Positions 27,499-32,000 of a stretch of DNA of 32,000 nucleotides are shown piece after piece (position 1 is the first letter of the stretch; each line of letters opens with the position of its first letter). Where the stretch lies: the NCBI RefSeq assembly GCF_000039765.1, contig NC_004459.3, positions 2,061,127 to 2,093,126 of the forward strand, given 5' to 3'. Both the position numbers and the translations under genes were made by a program. The DNA is from Vibrio vulnificus CMCP6. GTDB lineage: Bacteria > Pseudomonadota > Gammaproteobacteria > Enterobacterales > Vibrionaceae. The notes below the pieces were generated by a model, which was not told where the DNA came from, ran no database searches, and was given only the letters and a program-made list of their open reading frames with translations.

Positions 27499-29433
27499 TT
27501 AGGACGATTTACGTACGCGCAGGTACCACTCAGAAAGCAAGCGAACTTGTTTCTCGGTGTAGCCTTTTTCCATCATACGAGCGACAAAGTCATCGTGTTT
27601 CTTCTGGTCTTCAGAAGAGGTTTTTGCGTTAAAGGAGATAACAGGAAGAAGATCTTCGGTATTGGAGAACATTTTCTTCTCGATCACAGTGCGAAGTTTT
27701 TCATAGCTGGTCCACACAGGGTTTTGACCGTTATTACTGGCTTTCGCACGAAGCACAAAGTTAACGATTTCATTACGGAAATCTTTTGGATTAGAGATGC
27801 CCGCTGTTTTCTCAATTTTCTCCAACTCACCGTTTAAGGCCGAGCGGTCAAACAGCTGCCCCGTTTCTGGATCGCGGTATTCTTGATCTTGGATCCAGAA
27901 GTCTGCGTACGTGACATAGCGATCAAAGATGTTCTGACCATATTCGGAATAAGATTCAAGGTAAGCGGTTTGAATTTCTTTACCGATGAACTCGACGTAG
28001 CGAGGCACCAAGTAGCCTTTCAAGAATTCCAAGTAACGTTCAGCCGTTTCTTGCGGGAACTGCTCACGCTCCACTTGCTGTTCGATGACATAGAAGAGGT
28101 GGACAGGGTTAGCGGCCACTTCAGTTTGGTCGAAGTTAAACACACGAGAGAGAATCTTGAACGCAAAGCGCGTTGAGAGCCCCTTCATGCCTTCGTCCAC
28201 GCCCGCATAATCGCGGTACTCTTGATAGCTCTTGGCTTTTGGATCGGTATCTTTCAACGTTTCGCCATCGTATACCCGCATTTTAGAGAAAATGGACGAG
28301 TTTTCCGGCTCTTTGAGGCGGGAAAGAATACTGAATTGAGCCAACAGTTCTAGCGTACTGGGTGAACATGGCGCTTTGGAAAGCTCAGAGTGCTCTAGCA
28401 ATTTCTGGTAAATTTTCACTTCTTCAGAAACGCGTAAACAGTAAGGGACTTTGACGATATAGACGCGGTCCAAAAACGCTTCATTGTTTTTGTTGTTACG
28501 GAAAGTCTGCCACTCGGATTCATTGGAGTGAGCCAATATCATGCCTTCAAATGGAATCGCAGAAAGTCCCTCAGTACCGTTAAAGTTGCCTTCTTGAGTC
28601 GCCGTCAAGAGAGGGTGGAGCACCTTGATGGGTGCTTTAAACATCTCTACAAACTCCATCAAACCTTGGTTTGCTTTACATAACGCACCAGAGTAGCTGT
28701 ACGCGTCGGGATCGTCTTGCGAATAATGTTCGAGTTTGCGGATGTCCACTTTACCGACCAATGATGAGATGTCTTGGTTGTTTTCATCGCCCGGTTCGGT
28801 TTTTGCGATACCGATTTGATCGAGAATGGAAGGGCGAACCTTCACGACTTTAAACTGACTGATATCCCCACCAAACTCATGCAGACGTTTAGCTGCCCAA
28901 GGTGACATGATGGAGCGTAAATAACGTTTTTCGATGCCATATTCTTTTTGCAATATTTCGCCATCTTCATTGACGTCAAATAAGCAGAAAGGGTGGTCGT
29001 TTACAGGGCTGCGTTTCCCGTTGGCGGTGAGCACGTAAATCGGCATTTGTTGCATTAATGCTTTGAGCTTTTCTGCCAGCGACGATTTACCACCGCCCAC
29101 AGGGCCCAGTAGGTAAAGGATCTGCTTGCGTTCTTCCAGCCCTTGAGCGGCGTGTTTTAGGTAGGAGACGATCTGTTCAATCGCTTCTTCCATTCCATAG
29201 AAATCTTTAAAGGTTTTATAGCGTGAAATCACACGGTTAGAGAAAATACGGCTTAATCGTGGATGCATCGACGTATCGACTAACTCAGGTTCTCCGATGG
29301 CCATAAGAAGTCGTTCAGCGGCATTCGCATAGGCACTTTTGTCATCTTTACAAAGTGCAAGAAAGTCCTGTATCGACATCTCTTCATCTTTTGCAGCTTC
29401 ATAGCGCGCTTGATAGTGGTCAAAAATACTCAT
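27499..29433 (-). CDS. yeaG: PrkA-family protein YeaG (AAA+ N-domain plus kinase-like C-domain)
   Basis: The 644-aa protein starts MSIFDHYQARYE and has the Walker A motif LLGPVGGGKSSLAEKLK. It ends with the conserved tail LSEWYLRVRKS. AAGAAGGGGA lies upstream of the ATG. Confidence 0.95.
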   Translation of the reverse strand: MSIFDHYQARYEAAKDEEMSIQDFLALCKDDKSAYANAAERLLMAIGEPELVDTSMHPRLSRIFSNRVISRYKTFKDFYGMEEAIEQIVSYLKHAAQGLEERKQILYLLGPVGGGKSSLAEKLKALMQQMPIYVLTANGKRSPVNDHPFCLFDVNEDGEILQKEYGIEKRYLRSIMSPWAAKRLHEFGGDISQFKVVKVRPSILDQIGIAKTEPGDENNQDISSLVGKVDIRKLEHYSQDDPDAYSYSGALCKANQGLMEFVEMFKAPIKVLHPLLTATQEGNFNGTEGLSAIPFEGMILAHSNESEWQTFRNNKNNEAFLDRVYIVKVPYCLRVSEEVKIYQKLLEHSELSKAPCSPSTLELLAQFSILSRLKEPENSSIFSKMRVYDGETLKDTDPKAKSYQEYRDYAGVDEGMKGLSTRFAFKILSRVFNFDQTEVAANPVHLFYVIEQQVEREQFPQETAERYLEFLKGYLVPRYVEFIGKEIQTAYLESYSEYGQNIFDRYVTYADFWIQDQEYRDPETGQLFDRSALNGELEKIEKTAGISNPKDFRNEIVNFVLRAKASNNGQNPVWTSYEKLRTVIEKKMFSNTEDLLPVISFNAKTSSEDQKKHDDFVARMMEKGYTEKQVRLLSEWYLRVRKSS

Positions 29434-29716
29434 GTCACATTCCCCTTCTTATTCGGTCTGCTGACGAACGTTGGCAAATATCGTCCCTTCTCATTGATAA
29501 GCCTAGACGGGGATTTTCAATTTTGCCCAATAAATTATGCATTTATTTAAGATAGGTGAGAGTTTGTTGCTTACTGTTCTGGCGGGTTTTTTTCCTAATC
29601 AAAGAGTTTGAACCAAGGTGAGACAAGGAAAGTTAGATAATTGAAAGAATGGATACTGCTAACTTAGTATTGAAGTTTTTTGTCGTGTAAATTGGGATTT
29701 TTTTGTCTTGAATACG

Positions 29717-29742
29717 CAAAAAAGGCTGACGCTGGTCAACCT
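29717..29742 (-). terminator. Rho-independent terminator after yfbU
   Basis: The minus-strand RNA reads aggttgac-cagc-gtcagcct, an 8-bp stem with one G.U pair. It is followed by TTTTTTGCG and begins 55 nt after the yfbU stop. Confidence 0.7.
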
Positions 29743-29797
29743 TTCTATTTGAAATCAATCTGTTTGTCCGCGAAGCGTTAAACGCTAAGCGCTCAAA

Positions 29798-30298
29798 CTA
29801 GGCATTAAAAATTTGGCGCAGTTCTGTCGCACATAAGTGGTATTGACGAGGGCACTTGCGCCAAGTCGCCAACATGCGGCGGTATTTTTCCAGCATCGGC
29901 ATTTGGCTGTTGAAGTGGTGGTCGCCTTTGTCAAATTGAGGGTAGAGACCTTCAGATTCGGTTAAGAATCGAACGTAGTGAACCAATTGTGCTTCAGAGG
30001 CAATATCAAAACCGAGGAACTGAAGGCGACGCTGATCAACCTGGGTAGATTCATCCGCATCGAGCATGCGGAAAGACTCTTGCATTGCATGGTACATTTC
30101 CATCACATCGATAATTTCTTTACAAAGTGCTTCAGTGATGCAGCCGTAATCTTTGTTCAACTCACGCATTTGCAGCTCATAGCCACGCTCAACGATGGTC
30201 TGAAAACGTTGATATTTTTCGGCATTTTCAGGGTCGAGCTGAGACATCAACTTGTACTGGTTGGATAGGATCAATCGTTGTGCATTCGACATTTCCAT
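29798..30298 (-). CDS. yfbU: UPF0304 protein YfbU
   Basis: The 166-aa protein starts [23 protein letters not shown]. It ends [18 protein letters not shown]. It is nearly colinear with E. coli YfbU as I recall it. Confidence 0.92.
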   Translation of the reverse strand: MEMSNAQRLILSNQYKLMSQLDPENAEKYQRFQTIVERGYELQMRELNKDYGCITEALCKEIIDVMEMYHAMQESFRMLDADESTQVDQRRLQFLGFDIASEAQLVHYVRFLTESEGLYPQFDKGDHHFNSQMPMLEKYRRMLATWRKCPRQYHLCATELRQIFNA

Positions 30299-30424
30299 GG
30301 TGACCTCACTATATATTCTCTAATTGTGTTGTTGACGTTAGGTTAGCGGAACATCACACGATGAAACATGATCTCAACACAGTTTTAATGGGAAAAATGG
30401 AAAATTTGTTTGTTGATCTGAGCA

Positions 30425-31099
30425 CTATTTTCGGTAGTGGTTGTAAATGTAATCACGGTCTGAAAAGACGCGTAGCCACTCTGGTTTAAAGACGCAGAGC
30501 ACGGCCAAAGACATCCCATTGAGTAGCGCTTCAGGAAAGGCGAGCAGAGGCATAAAAATGAAATAGTTGTGCCATATGGTTTGCCAGTCGTAATGGCCAA
30601 CATAGAGATGATAAAGGGCATTAATGAGAAGGTGAACGCTGCCAGTCAGCCCTGCGTTGAAAAAACCAGCAATAAAAATAAACACAAAGATGTTTCTCGG
30701 CAAATAGTGATAGCTGAGTACGAAAACCGCGTAAGAAAACAGAATTGGGGTGAGGGAAGAGAGGAGAATCGTACTTGGCAACTGCTGTATCGTTAGATCA
30801 CCAAATGCGATGAGTAACGCGTAGACAGGAAGAGTGAGCAAAAATGCCATTCTCCAGCCGAACATCATGGTGAGCGTGGTCAGTGCAAGAAAATGGATGT
30901 ATAACCCTTCTTTGACTCCTGCTTGAGCATTCCAAAGCAAAAATAGCAGCAACATCACTGCAAACGTCATGTGTTGGAAAGGCTTGTCTGCCACTAGCTT
31001 CGGGAGAAAGGTTTTGAGGAAGTCATCTTTGCAACCAAACCCAATCACCAGCAAGATAACGCCTAAGCAAAGAAAGGCAAATACATCCATGTCATTCAT
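30425..31099 (-). CDS. Polytopic inner-membrane protein, function unknown (about 7 hydrophobic helices)
   Basis: The ORF is strongly hydrophobic throughout. I prefer ATG 31099 (MNDMDVFAFLCLGVILLVIG), giving 224 aa. The ORF-track GTG 31123 lies inside the pflA terminator stem. ATG 31090 is also possible. Confidence 0.7.
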   Translation of the reverse strand: MNDMDVFAFLCLGVILLVIGFGCKDDFLKTFLPKLVADKPFQHMTFAVMLLLFLLWNAQAGVKEGLYIHFLALTTLTMMFGWRMAFLLTLPVYALLIAFGDLTIQQLPSTILLSSLTPILFSYAVFVLSYHYLPRNIFVFIFIAGFFNAGLTGSVHLLINALYHLYVGHYDWQTIWHNYFIFMPLLAFPEALLNGMSLAVLCVFKPEWLRVFSDRDYIYNHYRK

Positions 31100-31107
31100 A
31101 CCTGTAG

Positions 31108-31136
31108 ATAAAACAATACCCACTTAAAGTGGGTAT
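31108..31136 (-). terminator. Rho-independent terminator after pflA
   Basis: There is a perfect inverted repeat, atacccactt (31116-31125) and aagtgggtat (31127-31136). On the minus strand TGTTTTAT follows. It begins 19 nt after the pflA stop. Confidence 0.7.
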
Positions 31137-31155
31137 TGAATAACGAATACGGTGC

Positions 31156-31896
31156 TTAGTATTTCACATTGCTATGGTATTGCGAAAGGATAGAAACAAT
31201 ATTATCCATCGTCTCTTTTGGTGGTGGGTTCACCCCTTCCAGTGGATACTCTAGACCCAACGCTTCCCATTTGTGAGCACCAAGCTTATGGTAAGGAAGC
31301 AATTCGACCTTCTCGATGTTGTCCATGTCTTTGATGAACTCGCCAAGCATATGAGCCGCTTCAGGATCATCCGTGTAACCCGGTACCACAACGTAGCGAA
31401 TCCACGTTGTTTGCCCAATCTTATGCAAGTAGCGAGCAAAATCGAGAGTACGACGGTTGGAAACGCCGATGAAATCATGATGGATTTCATCTTTCATGTG
31501 TTTGATATCGAGCATCACCAAATCGGTTGCTTCTAATACTTCGTCAACAACGTCAGTGTGCTTACGGATATAACCGTTGGTATCCAAACAAGTGTGAATA
31601 CCTTCAGCATGCGCCGCGCGGAATAGATCGCGCACGAATTCAGGTTGCAGCATCGCTTCGCCACCGGAACAAGTGATACCACCACCAGAGGCGTTCATAA
31701 AATGACGATAAGATTTCGCTTCCTTGATGATCTCTTCTACGGTGACCTCTTTACCGTCGTGCGTGTCCCATGTATCGCGGTTGTGGCAATACATACAACG
31801 CATCAGACAGCCCTGCATAAAAACAATAAAACGAATACCTGGTCCGTCAACCGTTCCGCAGGATTCAAAAGAGTGAATACGACCCGTTGTTGTCAT
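31156..31896 (-). CDS. pflA: Pyruvate formate-lyase activating enzyme (radical SAM)
   Basis: The 246-aa protein contains [35 protein letters not shown], including the CxxxCxxC cluster. It shows typical PflA colinearity. pflB is expected just beyond the window end. Confidence 0.95.
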   Translation of the reverse strand: MTTTGRIHSFESCGTVDGPGIRFIVFMQGCLMRCMYCHNRDTWDTHDGKEVTVEEIIKEAKSYRHFMNASGGGITCSGGEAMLQPEFVRDLFRAAHAEGIHTCLDTNGYIRKHTDVVDEVLEATDLVMLDIKHMKDEIHHDFIGVSNRRTLDFARYLHKIGQTTWIRYVVVPGYTDDPEAAHMLGEFIKDMDNIEKVELLPYHKLGAHKWEALGLEYPLEGVNPPPKETMDNIVSILSQYHSNVKY

Positions 31897-32000
31897 GTCT
31901 AGCTCTCAATTCTTATCAAATTTCGGCTGTTATTTTATTACAAAAACTGGGGTTAAAACAGTATACAAAACACGGGAATCAGCGTCTGAGCAAGAAAAGT

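Noticed and set aside
29435-29542. A 35-codon upstream ORF on the minus strand (MHNLLGKIENPRLG...) ending 1 nt before the yeaG ATG.
   Set aside because: No SD sequence precedes its ATG. Its composition is unremarkable. Its end position is largely dictated by the yeaG RBS region. It is probably fortuitous, and ribosome profiling could revisit it.
29434-29716. A sigma54 (-24 GG / -12 GC) or NtrC-type control element upstream of yeaG, expected from E. coli literature.
   Set aside because: I read the minus strand of the whole 283-bp region. I found no TGGCAC-N5-TTGCA-like element; the nearest is TGGGCAAAATTGAAA, which lacks the -12 GC. A matrix scan would be needed.
1795-31123. ORF-track start codons at 1795, 2220, 3635, 4666, 13673(-), 13825, 15002, 17736(-), 19949 and 31123(-).
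   Set aside because: All are upstream in-frame extensions. Internal starts have better SD spacing and homologous N-termini or signal peptides that begin at the internal Met or Val. Several extensions also run through terminator hairpins or into the neighbouring gene.
1-32000. A scan for mobile elements, CRISPR arrays, tRNA/rRNA genes, integrases, long repeats and defence-type gene clusters.
   Set aside because: None were seen. Every gap over 100 bp is accounted for by promoter or terminator regions between conserved core genes. No stretch looks compositionally foreign by eye.

Overview
This window is conserved chromosomal core from a Vibrio-like gammaproteobacterium. The gene order matches what I recall for V. 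cholerae chromosome 1 (about VC1898 down to VC1869), but the protein sequences look like a related species. It joins two blocks familiar from E. coli: hinT-ycfL-lpoB-thiK-ycfP-ndh / mfd / lolCDE and comEC(ycaI)-msbA-lpxK-ycaR-kdsB. These are followed by a GGDEF gene, the yeaG-yeaH-ycgB (PrkA/DUF444/SpoVR) cluster, yfbU, a membrane-protein gene and pflA. I call 28 protein-coding genes. One is truncated at the window start, and one 59-aa gene, ycaR, is missing from the ORF track. I also call nine intrinsic terminators, one candidate promoter and one perfect FNR box. I saw no rRNA, tRNA, CRISPR, transposase, integrase, phage or defence-island hallmarks. I also saw no obvious compositional island. 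I therefore do not see a convincing self-contained novel system here. The parts most worth a second look are poorly understood conserved modules: (1) three tandem lipoprotein genes (a 464-aa TPR-like protein, YcfL and LpoB) behind a terminator after hinT; (2) the contiguous PrkA-DUF444-SpoVR trio; (3) a tightly packed PilZ-like-mfd-csiV-like unit whose PilZ motifs look degenerate; (4) a compact membrane-anchored GGDEF protein; (5) DUF2062 and comEC start codons head-to-head, 8 bp apart. All family names come from reading the translations and from remembered synteny. No database search was run.
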